Shown: in pieces, positions 44,824-54,216 of the stretch | How positions within the stretch are numbered: the stretch's first letter is position 1 | Layout of the letters: every line of letters starts with the position of its first letter | Source of the DNA: Ilumatobacteraceae bacterium | Lineage (GTDB): Bacteria > Actinomycetota > Acidimicrobiia > Acidimicrobiales > Ilumatobacteraceae | Assembly (NCBI GenBank): GCA_040005915.1 | Contig: JBDTYA010000060.1 | Span: 1,510-65,509 of the forward strand | Length of the DNA stretch: 64,000 nucleotides | Direction of reading: 5' to 3' | Translations under genes and position numbers: made by a program | The notes under the pieces: model-generated | The model's database searches: none | Told to the model about the DNA's origin: nothing | Seen by the model: only the letters and a program-made list of their open reading frames with translations

Positions 44824-45057
44824 CGCGCCGCGCTTCTCCTGCCGCCCACCAGCCACCCGGCGATTGACGGCTGCGGCCCCCTCTACGGTTCCCCCGTCGC
44901 CAAACGCTGCGAGCTCTGAACGGCGTTCACACCGGGGTTGCGGTCCGCAGTCTCGTCGATGGGCCCTCCATGCGGCCGGTGAGCACGTCGTCGACGACGC
45001 GAGGTGGGCGACGAAGTCGGTAGGAACGGTCATGGCGAACCACGTAGCGTTGGATCG

Positions 45058-46221
45058 ATGAGCGACAGCCACCAGCCGGCAACGCGGGCCATCACCGCCG
45101 GCCGCGCCCACAGCCGCAGGTCGCTCGCCCCGGCGTTGTGGGCCAGCACGACGTGGGAATCCGATGGGTTGGTCGACGCCAACCGCCGGGCCACTGCGAC
45201 GCGCGCCGGCGAGTTCTACAGCCGGTATTCCAACCCGACCGTTCGATCGTTCGAGGACGCGATCGCGTCCCTCGAAGGGGCCGACGATGCGTTGGCATTC
45301 GCCTCGGGGATGGGCGCCATCGCCACGGTGATATTCGCGTTGTGCTCGACCGGCGACCACATCGTCGCCCAGCGGCAGTTGTACGCGGGCACGCTCGCGT
45401 TCCTGCAGGGCCCCTGCCAGAGAATGGGCATCGACGTCACGCTGGTCGATGGCACCGAACCCGGCGCGTTCACCGCCGCACTGCGGCCGGGGCGCACGAT
45501 GCTGGCCCTCGCCGAGACCCCGTCGAATCCGCGGCTCGAGCTCGTCGACCTCGACGAGTTGGGCGCTGTGCGAGGGCCGATCATTGTCGTCGATTCGACC
45601 TTCGCCACACCGCTCGGTCAGCAGCCGCTCGCCCACGGTGTGCACCTGTCACTGCACTCGGCCACCAAGGGCATCGCCGGACTCAACGACGCGACACTCG
45701 GGGTCGTCGCCGGCGAGCAGGAGTTGATCGATGCCATCTGGGCGTACTCGGTGCTGCACGGCTCCACGCCGTCGCCCTACGACGCGCTCAACGCCATCCG
45801 TGGCATTCGCACGTTGGCGGTGCGCACCGCCCATCAGGCCGCCTCGGCATTGCACCTCGCCGAGGTGTTGGCCGACGAACCGGCGGTGTCCGTGGTGCAC
45901 TACCCGGGCCTCGTGTCGCATCCCCAGTTCGACCTCGCCAAGCGCCAGATGCGCCACGGTGGCACGGTCGTGGCCGTCGAGCTCGCCGGGGGCCGCACCG
46001 CCGCCGAGCACTTCCTCGACTCGATACGCCTCGCCCGCGTGGCCACCTCGCTCGGCGGCCCCGAAACACTGGTGTGCCACCCGGCGACGTCGACCCACGC
46101 CAGCCTGACGCCGGCCGAGGCATCGACGATGGGTGTCAGCGAAGGCCTGCTGCGGATCTCGGTCGGTCTCGAGGACACCTCCGATCTGGTGAGCGATCTC
46201 ACCGCCGCCCTCCCACGATGA
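45058..46221 (+). CDS. Cys/Met-metabolism PLP-dependent enzyme (cystathionine gamma-synthase/lyase family)
   Basis: Inner part of track ORF 45004..46221, starting at MSDSHQPATRAI (45058). YSRYSNPT and SATKGIAG (PLP lysine) are present. Confidence 0.8.
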   Translation: MSDSHQPATRAITAGRAHSRRSLAPALWASTTWESDGLVDANRRATATRAGEFYSRYSNPTVRSFEDAIASLEGADDALAFASGMGAIATVIFALCSTGDHIVAQRQLYAGTLAFLQGPCQRMGIDVTLVDGTEPGAFTAALRPGRTMLALAETPSNPRLELVDLDELGAVRGPIIVVDSTFATPLGQQPLAHGVHLSLHSATKGIAGLNDATLGVVAGEQELIDAIWAYSVLHGSTPSPYDALNAIRGIRTLAVRTAHQAASALHLAEVLADEPAVSVVHYPGLVSHPQFDLAKRQMRHGGTVVAVELAGGRTAAEHFLDSIRLARVATSLGGPETLVCHPATSTHASLTPAEASTMGVSEGLLRISVGLEDTSDLVSDLTAALPR

Positions 46222-46892
46222 CTCGTGTGCTGTGCCTGCACGGGCTCGGCGGAAGCGGGGCGACGATGTGGCCGATCGTGGCCGCTTGCATCGACGCCGG
46301 GCACACGACGCCGACCCTGCCGGGGCACGGCACCGATCCGGCCGATCTCGTCGGTGTCACGTGGAGCGATTGGCTCGAGGCGGCCCGCGACTGGGAAGCC
46401 GACATCGTCGTCGGCCAGTCGATGGGGGGTGATCTGGCATTGCAGCTCGCGGCCGAAGGACGGTGCCGCGGCGTCGTGGCCATCAACCCGGTCGCCCCCG
46501 ATGTCGACGCGCTCGATGGACTCGAGTGGCGCAGGGAACGCGGCCTGCAGTGGATCGATGTCGCCCCATCGGCCGTGGGTGAGATCGCCTACGAACGGCT
46601 GCCCATCGAATCGCTCATCGCCATGACGACGGGCGTGGCCGCCATCGATCTCACAGCGGTCTACCTGCCGGTTTTGCTGGTGACGAGTGCCGACGACGAC
46701 GTCGTCGATCCGGCCTCTGCCGACGTCATCGCCGCGGCGTTGCCAGGGGACGTCGAGCGACTGCACCTTCGTCACAGCGGTCATGTCGCTTCACTCGACG
46801 AGGACCGACACCTCCTGCAACGCGCCATCGTCGACTTCGTCGACGCCAGGGTCAGTGGTAGTACGGGTTCTCGCCGGACGTGTGGTCGGTGA
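46218..46892 (+). CDS. alpha/beta hydrolase (esterase/lipase-like)
   Basis: Last 224 codons of track ORF 45138..46892, starting at MTRVLCLHGLGGSG (46218; ATGA overlap). The nucleophile elbow is VGQSMGG and there is a C-terminal SGHV motif. Confidence 0.65.
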   Translation: MTRVLCLHGLGGSGATMWPIVAACIDAGHTTPTLPGHGTDPADLVGVTWSDWLEAARDWEADIVVGQSMGGDLALQLAAEGRCRGVVAINPVAPDVDALDGLEWRRERGLQWIDVAPSAVGEIAYERLPIESLIAMTTGVAAIDLTAVYLPVLLVTSADDDVVDPASADVIAAALPGDVERLHLRHSGHVASLDEDRHLLQRAIVDFVDARVSGSTGSRRTCGR

Positions 46893-47499
46893 GGTCGCGG
46901 ACGCGTTCGATCGCGGGGATCTGTTCGACCAGCATGGTCTGAACGCCATCCAACATCGTCATGCGGCTCATCGAGCAACCGTGACAACCGCCACCCATCG
47001 TCAGGTAGGCAGTGCCCTCGCCGTCGTGACCGACGTACGACACGAAACCACCGTGTGCGGCCAGTGCCGGGTTGACCTCGACCTTGATCAGCGTCTCGAC
47101 CTCAGCGCTGAGCGCATCGTTGGAGATGAGCCCCTCGACCGACGGGGCCTTCGGCTTGTTGGGATTGCGGATGACGAGGCCCTGCGTCGCGGTGTGGTCG
47201 AGCGTCGACCCTTCGAGCAGGTCGATCGCCGCGGCGGCGATGATCACCTTCAGGCTGCCGATCTCGGGACGGGTGTGGGTGCGAACCTCATCGCTGAACG
47301 CGGCCTTGGTGACGACATCGAAGCTGAGGTCGTACTTGAAGTCTTCGCCAGGGTTGCTGACGATCTCGAGGCGAAGGCCGAGCAGAGGACCCTCCGGCTC
47401 GGTGTCTCGGAGCTTCACCAGCTCCTGCAATGCCTCGGGTGTGACGATGATGATCTGACCGATCTCGGTCTGTGCGGCCTCTGCGGCAAGTGGACTCAC
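46852..47499 (-). CDS. NifU/NfuA-like Fe-S cluster carrier
   Basis: Track ORF 46852..47538. The C-terminal NifU domain contains GGGCHGCSMS. The start is uncertain (GTG at 47499 or ATG at 47538). Confidence 0.6.
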   Translation of the reverse strand: MSPLAAEAAQTEIGQIIIVTPEALQELVKLRDTEPEGPLLGLRLEIVSNPGEDFKYDLSFDVVTKAAFSDEVRTHTRPEIGSLKVIIAAAAIDLLEGSTLDHTATQGLVIRNPNKPKAPSVEGLISNDALSAEVETLIKVEVNPALAAHGGFVSYVGHDGEGTAYLTMGGGCHGCSMSRMTMLDGVQTMLVEQIPAIERVRDLTDHTSGENPYYH

Positions 47500-47545
47500 G
47501 GCGACAACGCTACCGCCACGATCTCGATGTGGCGGCAACCGGCAG

Positions 47546-48313
47546 CTACCCGCCGCCGTTGCAAACGATGCGTTGGCCGGTGATGTAGGCGGCCCCTTCG
47601 CTGCACAACCACAGGACCACGTTGGCTACATCGAGGGGCTGGCACACCCGACCGAACGGGGCGGCGGCGTCGAGCGATCGCAGGTCCTCGAGCGAGCGAT
47701 CGCCGGTGAACGCACGCGCCAGACGCACACCCATCTCTGTCTCGACAAGACCCGGGGCGACGATGTTGACATGGATGCCGTTGGCCCGCTCCTCTTTGGC
47801 CAGCGTGAACGCCAACGCCTCCATCGCGGCCTTGCCCATGTTGTACGGCGCGCCGTTCGCCGACATGTTCGAGGTTGCCACCGACGAGATCATCACGACG
47901 TCTCCCCTCCCCCTGCCGCGCATGTGCGGCACCGCCAAGCGCGCCAGGTGATGCGGGCCGAACGCGTGAGCGGCAACGACACGCATCATCTCTGCAGGTT
48001 CGGTGTCGGCGACCGCGTTGCCCCGCGAGGCGATGCCGGCGTTGCACACGAGGATGTCGAGGCCGCCGAACTCGGCGACGACCGAGTCGACCAACTGCCT
48101 GCACGCTTCGGGGTCGTCTACCGACGCCTGATGTGCCGACGCCTCGCCGCCCCGCTCGCGGATCCCGGCAACGGTCTCGGCGGCAGCAGTCGCGTCGCGG
48201 CGATAGTTGACCGCGATCGTCGCGCCCTCCGAGGCCAGCAGTTCGCTGATGCCCCGACCGATGCCTCGACCGCCGCCTGTCACCAGCGCGACGCGCCCAT
48301 CCAGCTGACCCAT
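47546..48313 (-). CDS. short-chain dehydrogenase/reductase (FabG-like)
   Basis: Inner part of track ORF 47546..48388, starting at MGQLDGRVALVTGGGRGIG (48313). NAG and YNMGK (YxxxK) are present. Confidence 0.85.
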   Translation of the reverse strand: MGQLDGRVALVTGGGRGIGRGISELLASEGATIAVNYRRDATAAAETVAGIRERGGEASAHQASVDDPEACRQLVDSVVAEFGGLDILVCNAGIASRGNAVADTEPAEMMRVVAAHAFGPHHLARLAVPHMRGRGRGDVVMISSVATSNMSANGAPYNMGKAAMEALAFTLAKEERANGIHVNIVAPGLVETEMGVRLARAFTGDRSLEDLRSLDAAAPFGRVCQPLDVANVVLWLCSEGAAYITGQRIVCNGGG

Positions 48314-48363
48314 GGCAGTGATCCCCTTTGTGTTCGGACTGCGGCAATGCCAACCTTGCACCC

Positions 48364-49284
48364 ATGGAAGAGGGCAGCCGGAAGGCAATCATCGCCGCGT
48401 TCTTCGCCAACCTCGGCATCGCACTGGCCAAGTTCACCGGGTTCCTGCTGACACGTTCTGCGGGCCTGCTGGCGGAATCGGCCCACTCGCTGGCCGACAC
48501 GGGCAACCAGGCACTGCTCATGCTGGGATCGAAGCGTGGCAAGCGGCCGGCAGACAGTGCCCACCCGTTCGGCTATGGGCCGGAACGGTACTTCTGGGCC
48601 TTCGTCGTGGCGCTCGTTCTGTTCAGCATGGGCGGTCTCTTCGCCCTGTACGAGGGGATCGACAAGCTGCGTCACCCACACGAGGTCAAGAACGCGGCCG
48701 TGGCCTTCGTGATCCTGCTGATCGCCGTCGCCCTCGAGAGCTACTCGCTGCGGACCGCCGTCAAGGAGTCGAACCACGTGCGTCCGGAGGGCATGAGTTG
48801 GATCACGTTCATCCACACCTCCAAGTCGCCCGAGTTGCCGGTGGTGCTGCTCGAAGATGTCGGCGCCGAGATCGGCCTCGGCTTCGCGCTGATCGGGTTG
48901 GTCCTCGCCGAGACCACCGGAAACCCGCGATGGGATGCCGTCGGCTCGGTGGCCATCGGTCTGCTGCTGGTCGGCATCGCTCTGGTGCTGGCCAGGGAGA
49001 TGAAGCCACTGCTGATCGGCGAGGCCGCCAGCGACAGCGACCTCGAGAAGATCCAGTCGGCACTCGCCACGTCGGTCGACGTGATCTCGGTCATCCACCT
49101 GCGCACCATGCACCTCGGGCCCGACAACCTGCTGCTCGCCGCGAAGGTCGATTTCGATCACTCGCTGTCGGTCGAGGCCCTGGCCCATGCAATCGATCAG
49201 GCCGAGCTCGCCCTGCGCGCCGCTGTGCCGAAGACGACCACGATCTACATCGAGCCCGACATCCGCCGGCAGCAGCCGCAGTGA
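48364..49284 (+). CDS. cation diffusion facilitator (CDF) metal efflux transporter
   Basis: Track ORF 48328..49284. The blocks AESAHSLADTGNQ and HPFGYGPERYFWAF are present, with six hydrophobic segments and a C-terminal cytoplasmic domain. Confidence 0.8.
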   Translation: MEEGSRKAIIAAFFANLGIALAKFTGFLLTRSAGLLAESAHSLADTGNQALLMLGSKRGKRPADSAHPFGYGPERYFWAFVVALVLFSMGGLFALYEGIDKLRHPHEVKNAAVAFVILLIAVALESYSLRTAVKESNHVRPEGMSWITFIHTSKSPELPVVLLEDVGAEIGLGFALIGLVLAETTGNPRWDAVGSVAIGLLLVGIALVLAREMKPLLIGEAASDSDLEKIQSALATSVDVISVIHLRTMHLGPDNLLLAAKVDFDHSLSVEALAHAIDQAELALRAAVPKTTTIYIEPDIRRQQPQ

Positions 49285-50240
49285 CGGCCGATTCGTCGAC
49301 CGTCCGCAGTGCAACCCGCAGTCCGGTGCGACACGCCCACCCGATGGGCATCGTGGCGATGATCGCCGTCGTGGTCACCTTCAGCGCCAGCTCGACGATC
49401 GTGCGCAAGGCGGGTGCACCCGGGCCGACGATCGCGTTCTGGCGCATGCTGATGTCGGGTGCCGTCTGGACGATCCTGCTGCGTATCAGGGAGGGTCGGT
49501 TCGTCAGCGCTCAGGAATGGCGGCGGGCCCTCCCCACCGGCATGGTCCTCGGCGTCAACATCCTGTTCTTCTACACATCGGCCACCCGAACGAGCGTCGC
49601 CAACTTGGAGTTCATCAACGCGCTCGCGCCGCTGTTGCTGATACCGGCCGGGGCCATGCTGTTCCACGAGAGGATCGACCGCCGCTCCACGTTGTTCGGT
49701 GTGATCTCCATCGTCGGTCTGGCGATGGTGTTGTTCGCCGCCCCCCGCAACGGAGCGGCGACATGGTACGGCAATGGCCTCTCGGTCCTCTCGCTCGCCG
49801 CGTGGTGCGGATACATGCTCTCCAGCCGCCAACTCCGCGGCCGTACCAGCATCGCGGCGTTGATGGCGTCGGCCCTGCCGATCGCGATGCTCACGACCTT
49901 GCCGGTCGTGTTGATCTCCGGCGACATCGGCAAGTTCGACGCTCACTCGATGGGTTTCATCGTCATCCTCACGGTGTTGACGGGCGTCGGCGCGCACGGG
50001 TTGATCGTGTACGCGCAACGCAAGGTGCCGATCGGCATCATGTCGATGCTGCAGGTCGGACAACCGGCCCTCGCCGTCGTCTGGTCGGCCGTCTTCCTGA
50101 GCCAGTCGATCCGCGCCGTGCAGGTCGTCGGCATGGCGATGGTGGTCTCCGGGTTGGCCACCGTCGTCGTGCAGACCCAGCGTCGCACGGCTAGATTGTT
50201 GGCAACCGAAAACGGGGAGCTCACAGGATCGGTGGGCTGA
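49281..50240 (+). CDS. EamA/DMT-family transporter
   Basis: Last 319 codons of track ORF 48312..50240. The GTG start overlaps the CDF stop (GTGA). About ten hydrophobic helices form two EamA-like halves. Confidence 0.65.
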   Translation: MTADSSTVRSATRSPVRHAHPMGIVAMIAVVVTFSASSTIVRKAGAPGPTIAFWRMLMSGAVWTILLRIREGRFVSAQEWRRALPTGMVLGVNILFFYTSATRTSVANLEFINALAPLLLIPAGAMLFHERIDRRSTLFGVISIVGLAMVLFAAPRNGAATWYGNGLSVLSLAAWCGYMLSSRQLRGRTSIAALMASALPIAMLTTLPVVLISGDIGKFDAHSMGFIVILTVLTGVGAHGLIVYAQRKVPIGIMSMLQVGQPALAVVWSAVFLSQSIRAVQVVGMAMVVSGLATVVVQTQRRTARLLATENGELTGSVG

Positions 50241-50297
50241 GAGGGTGGGCGCCGCCACCGACCGGAACCTGATCTGGGTAATGCCAGCGGAGGGATG
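50226..50297 (+). promoter_or_regulatory. TPP (THI-box) riboswitch
   Basis: Conserved cores read directly: GGCTGAGA (50235-50242) and ACCTGATCTGGGTAATGCCAGCGGAGGGA (50267-50295). The GGAGGG lies 4-9 nt before the ATG at 50300, consistent with control by Shine-Dalgarno sequestration. Confidence 0.85.
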
Positions 50298-50299
50298 CG

Positions 50300-50935
50300 A
50301 TGTCGCAAGTGGTGGTGGTGATCGGCGGCGGGCCCCTGTCGTCGCGCGCCATCGCCGAGATCGCGCCCACCGCCGTCGTCGTTGCTGCTGATAGCGGGCT
50401 CGACCACGCCGTCGCCGCCGGCTTGAGACCGACCATCCTCGTCGGTGATCTCGACAGCATCTCGGCCCACGGGAAGATGTGGGCGTACGCGCACGAGCTG
50501 GAGATCGATCAACATCCGCAAGACAAGGGCTCGACGGACACAGAGCTCGCGCTGGCCCGTGCCACGGCCACCGACGCCACCCAACTGCTGGTGTGCGGTG
50601 CCTCGGGAGACCGCTTCGATCATGCCCTCGGCACCCTCGCCGCACTCGGCAACCCGACGCTCTCCCGCTTCGACAGCGTTCGGCTGTTGCTCGACGGCAC
50701 CGCCATCCACGTGCTGCACCGCGATCGCTCGGTCGACCTGGATCTGGCCGTCGGCTCCCCCTTCTCGCTGCTCTCCCTGCACGGTACGTGCGCGGGCATC
50801 GAGGTCACAGGGGCGCGCTGGCCGCTGACCGGCGCCGAGTTCGAGCCGTGGAGCACCCTCGGCATCAGCAACGAGGCAACCGGTCTTCTTCACGTCGCCG
50901 TCTCCGACGGCATCCTCACCCTGGTGGTCCCATGA
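50300..50935 (+). CDS. thiN: thiamine pyrophosphokinase
   Basis: 211 aa with the blocks VGDLDSI and DKGSTDTELAL. Confidence 0.7.
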   Translation: MSQVVVVIGGGPLSSRAIAEIAPTAVVVAADSGLDHAVAAGLRPTILVGDLDSISAHGKMWAYAHELEIDQHPQDKGSTDTELALARATATDATQLLVCGASGDRFDHALGTLAALGNPTLSRFDSVRLLLDGTAIHVLHRDRSVDLDLAVGSPFSLLSLHGTCAGIEVTGARWPLTGAEFEPWSTLGISNEATGLLHVAVSDGILTLVVP

Positions 50936-52002
50936 AACGCCCGTTCGCGGTCATCGCTGTCGTCGCACTCGCCGCTGCCGCCGCCGGTTGCGGTTCGGAC
51001 GGTCCCCCGTCGACCGCACCCGCGGCGATCACCCTGGTCGCCTACGACTCCTTCCCGCCCGAGAAGACGACGCTCAACGATGCGCTCGACTCGTTCACCA
51101 AGAGCACCGGGATCGCGGTGAAGATCGTGATAGCCGGCGACGCCGGCACGATGGTGACCAAGGCCCGCCTGACGGCCGGTAACCCCGAAGGCGACGTGAT
51201 GTGGGGCGTCGACAACACGCTGCTGTCGGCCGCGCTCGATGGCAAGGTGTTCACCAAGTACGAGCCGAACGACCTGAATGCGATCTCCACCGACCTCACC
51301 GCCCTGGTGCCGGGTCATGAGATGACACCGGTCGACTTCGGCGACGTCTGCGTCAACTACGACATCGGTTGGTTCAAGTCCCACGACCTGAAGCCACCCG
51401 GCGACCTCGACGATCTCGCCAAGCCGGAGTACAAGGACCTTCTGGTGGTGGAGAACCCATCGACATCCTCGCCCGGGCTGGCCTTCCTGTTGGCCACCAT
51501 CGCCCACTCCGGCGCCGATGGTTGGCAGCGCTACTGGAAAGCCTTGCGAGCCAACGGCGTCGAGGTCGTCGACAGCTGGACCACCGCATACGAGGACGAG
51601 TTCAGCGGCGCCGCCGGGTCGACCGGGACGCGTCCGTTGGTCGTCAGCTATGGGTCCAGCCCACCCGCGGAAGTGATCTTCGCCGACCCACCGCGCACCG
51701 ACGCCCCGACGGCGGTCGTCGACTCCACGTGCTTCAGGCAGGTGGAGTTCACCGGTGTGCTGCGCGGCACGAAACACGAGGCCGAGGCCCGCAGGCTCGT
51801 CGACTTCCTGATCAGCGGGCCCTTCCAGGCGGAGCTGCCACTGAATCTGTTCGTGTACCCGGCGCGCACGGACACACCACTGCCGGCGGAATTCACCAAG
51901 TACTCGGCGGTGGCATCCCACCCGTTCACGGTCGACCCGGCCGACATCGCCGCAAACCGGCAACAGTGGCAGGACGAGTGGACGACCATCGTGCTGCGCT
52001 GA
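50932..52002 (+). CDS. thiB: thiamine ABC transporter substrate-binding lipoprotein
   Basis: Last 356 codons of track ORF 50479..52002, starting at MKRPFAVIAVVALAAAAAGCGS (lipobox; ATGA overlap with thiN). It has a ThiB/TbpA-like periplasmic binding fold and lies behind the TPP riboswitch. Confidence 0.7.
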   Translation: MKRPFAVIAVVALAAAAAGCGSDGPPSTAPAAITLVAYDSFPPEKTTLNDALDSFTKSTGIAVKIVIAGDAGTMVTKARLTAGNPEGDVMWGVDNTLLSAALDGKVFTKYEPNDLNAISTDLTALVPGHEMTPVDFGDVCVNYDIGWFKSHDLKPPGDLDDLAKPEYKDLLVVENPSTSSPGLAFLLATIAHSGADGWQRYWKALRANGVEVVDSWTTAYEDEFSGAAGSTGTRPLVVSYGSSPPAEVIFADPPRTDAPTAVVDSTCFRQVEFTGVLRGTKHEAEARRLVDFLISGPFQAELPLNLFVYPARTDTPLPAEFTKYSAVASHPFTVDPADIAANRQQWQDEWTTIVLR

Positions 52003-53588
52003 ACCGCCCGTCGCGGTGGTTCGGCATCGCGCTCGCCGCGGCGCCTGTCGTGTTCATCTCCGGGTTCTACGTGTGGCCCGTGCTGACACTGCTGTGGACG
52101 ACCTTGCACCAGGGTTCGGACGGCGGGTCGCTGCTCGGTCATGTCGGCGACGTCGTCTGGTTCACCATGTGGCAGGCCGTTGTCAGCACGATCCTGACGT
52201 TGCTCGTCGGGATGCTGCCGGCATACGTGTTGGCCCGCTACAGCTTTCGTGGGCGCCGAATCCTGATGGCCGCGACGACCGTTCCATTCGTGCTGCCGAC
52301 GGTCGTGGTCGGAGCAGCGTTCCTGGCGTTGCTGCCGGCCTCGTGGCACAACACGGCGCAGGCGATGATCGTCGCCCACGTGTTCTTCAACGTGGCCGTC
52401 GTCGTACGGCTGGTGGGCTCGATGATCGCCGTGATCCCTCATGACCTCGTCGGCGCGGCGCGGACCTTGGGGGCGTCGCCGTGGCGCGCTGCGCGGTTGG
52501 TGATGATGCCGTTGTTGCGACCGGCGATGTGGTCGGCCGCCGCCGTGACCTTCCTGTTCAGCTTCACGTCGTTCGGCGTCGCCAAGCTGTTGGGCGGGCC
52601 GACGCACCCGACGCTCGAGGTCGAGATCGCCCGCCGGGCAACGCAGCTGGGTGATGTGAGTGGAGCCGCCGCCCTGTCGGCGCTGCAACTCGCGCTGCTC
52701 GCCGTGGTGATCGTGTGGAGCGCGCGCCGGCAACGCCGCGCCGCCATCGAGCTCGGCGGCGCAACCGCGCCACGGCGTCCGCGGCAACGCGGCGAGAGGG
52801 CGATGGTCGTGTGTTGTGTTGCCGGCGTGGGCATCGGCGTCGGAGCCCCGCTCGTCGCGTTGGTCAGCCGCTCGTTCGACGTCGGCGGCCGTTGGTCGCT
52901 GTCAGCATGGACGAAGCTCGGCAGCAACGACGTTCGACCCGGAGCCGGCCTCGGTGTGGATCCTGTCTCGGCGATCGGCGCGTCGTTGCGGTTTGCCGTC
53001 GTGGCCGCGCTCGTTGCCACGACGATCGGCTTCCTGGCCGCCGCGGCGATCAACGCCTCGCCCAGGCTCGGCACGCTGCTCGATGCGGGGCTCATGTTGC
53101 CCCTGGGCACATCCGCGGTCACGATCGGCCTCGGCATGTTGATCACGTTCGACACTCCCCCGTTCGACTGGCGCGCCAGGTGGTGGCTCGTGCCTCTCGG
53201 TCACGCGCTCGTTGCGGTGCCGTTCGTCGTGCGCGTCCTGCTGGCCGTGCTGCGCGCCATCCCGAGCGACCTTCGCGCCGCGGCCGCCACGTTGGGGGCG
53301 ACCCCGATCCGGGCGTGGTGGCAAGTCGATGCACGGGCGCTTCGCCTGCCGCTGATCGCCGCCACCGGTTTCTCGGCAGCCATCTCGCTGGGTGAGTTCG
53401 GTGCCACCACCGTCCTCAGCCGTTCGGGCAATGAGACCCTGCCGATCGCGATCGGTCGCCTCGTGGGCCGGGCAGGTGCGCTCCCTCGCGCTCAGGCGTT
53501 CGCGCTCGCGACAATCCTCCTGATCCTGACGACTGTGATCGTGATGGCGTCCGGCAGTAGTCGACGGCTTGCGGCCGACGATGCTTGA
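51978..53588 (+). CDS. thiP: thiamine ABC transporter permease (duplicated TM domain)
   Basis: Last ~536 codons of track ORF 51369..53588. There are two ABC permease halves with about 12 TM segments. The start is uncertain (GTG at 51978). Confidence 0.7.
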   Translation: MDDHRAALNRPSRWFGIALAAAPVVFISGFYVWPVLTLLWTTLHQGSDGGSLLGHVGDVVWFTMWQAVVSTILTLLVGMLPAYVLARYSFRGRRILMAATTVPFVLPTVVVGAAFLALLPASWHNTAQAMIVAHVFFNVAVVVRLVGSMIAVIPHDLVGAARTLGASPWRAARLVMMPLLRPAMWSAAAVTFLFSFTSFGVAKLLGGPTHPTLEVEIARRATQLGDVSGAAALSALQLALLAVVIVWSARRQRRAAIELGGATAPRRPRQRGERAMVVCCVAGVGIGVGAPLVALVSRSFDVGGRWSLSAWTKLGSNDVRPGAGLGVDPVSAIGASLRFAVVAALVATTIGFLAAAAINASPRLGTLLDAGLMLPLGTSAVTIGLGMLITFDTPPFDWRARWWLVPLGHALVAVPFVVRVLLAVLRAIPSDLRAAAATLGATPIRAWWQVDARALRLPLIAATGFSAAISLGEFGATTVLSRSGNETLPIAIGRLVGRAGALPRAQAFALATILLILTTVIVMASGSSRRLAADDA

Positions 53589-54216
53589 AGTCCGAGATGT
53601 CGACGTGCAGTTCGGGGACCGGCTCGTACTCGACCGCCTGTCACTCCGGGTCGACGACGGCGAAGTGGTCGCCGTGCTCGGCCCGTCCGGTGCAGGCAAG
53701 AGCACCCTGCTGCGCGTCATCGCCGGGTTGCTGCTGCCCCGGTCGGGCACGGTGTCGCTGGACGGGAACGACATCACCACCCGACCAGCGCATCTGCGCA
53801 ACATCGGAATGATGTTCCAGGACGAGCAGTTGTTCCCGCACCTCGACGTCACCGGCAACGTCGCATTCGGCACCCGGATGCACAGGTGGCCGCCGGCGCA
53901 GGTGGGGCGGCGGGTCGACGAGCTGCTGGAGATCGTCGGGCTCGCCGGGTTCGGCGAGCGTCGGATCGATCGGCTCAGCGGGGGCGAGAAGAAGCGCGTC
54001 GCCCTCGCCCGCTCGCTCGCGCCGCGGCCTGCCGTGCTGCTGCTCGACGAGCCGCTGACCGGGCTCGATCGCGAGCTGCACGACCGACTTGCATCGGAGC
54101 TCGCCGAGGTGCTGCGCGCCACGGCGACCACCGCGATCCTGGTGACACACGACCGCGACGAGGCGGCGGCACTGGCCGGCCGGGTCGTTGAATGGAGCGA
54201 CCTTCAGCCGGTGTGA
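53581..54216 (+). CDS. thiQ: ABC transporter ATP-binding protein
   Basis: Track ORF 53569..54216. Walker A is GPSGAGKST, the signature is LSGGEKKR and Walker B is LLLDEP. Confidence 0.8.
   Translation: MLEVRDVDVQFGDRLVLDRLSLRVDDGEVVAVLGPSGAGKSTLLRVIAGLLLPRSGTVSLDGNDITTRPAHLRNIGMMFQDEQLFPHLDVTGNVAFGTRMHRWPPAQVGRRVDELLEIVGLAGFGERRIDRLSGGEKKRVALARSLAPRPAVLLLDEPLTGLDRELHDRLASELAEVLRATATTAILVTHDRDEAAALAGRVVEWSDLQPV

Noticed and set aside
44320-45645. 441-aa minus ORF spanning the hisN end, the intergenic gap and the PLP enzyme start
   Set aside because: It is antisense to two well-supported genes and crosses an intergenic region. No motifs are present.
48280-50645. Minus ORFs 48280..49314 and 49245..50645, and plus alternate frame 49187..50194
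   Set aside because: They are shadows of the CDF, EamA and thiN genes. They lack the hydrophobic-helix patterns seen in the chosen frames.
50890-54131. Minus ORFs 50890..51963, 51648..52787 and 52902..54131
   Set aside because: They are antisense to the thiB/thiP/thiQ operon, whose frames show a lipobox, TM helices and Walker motifs.
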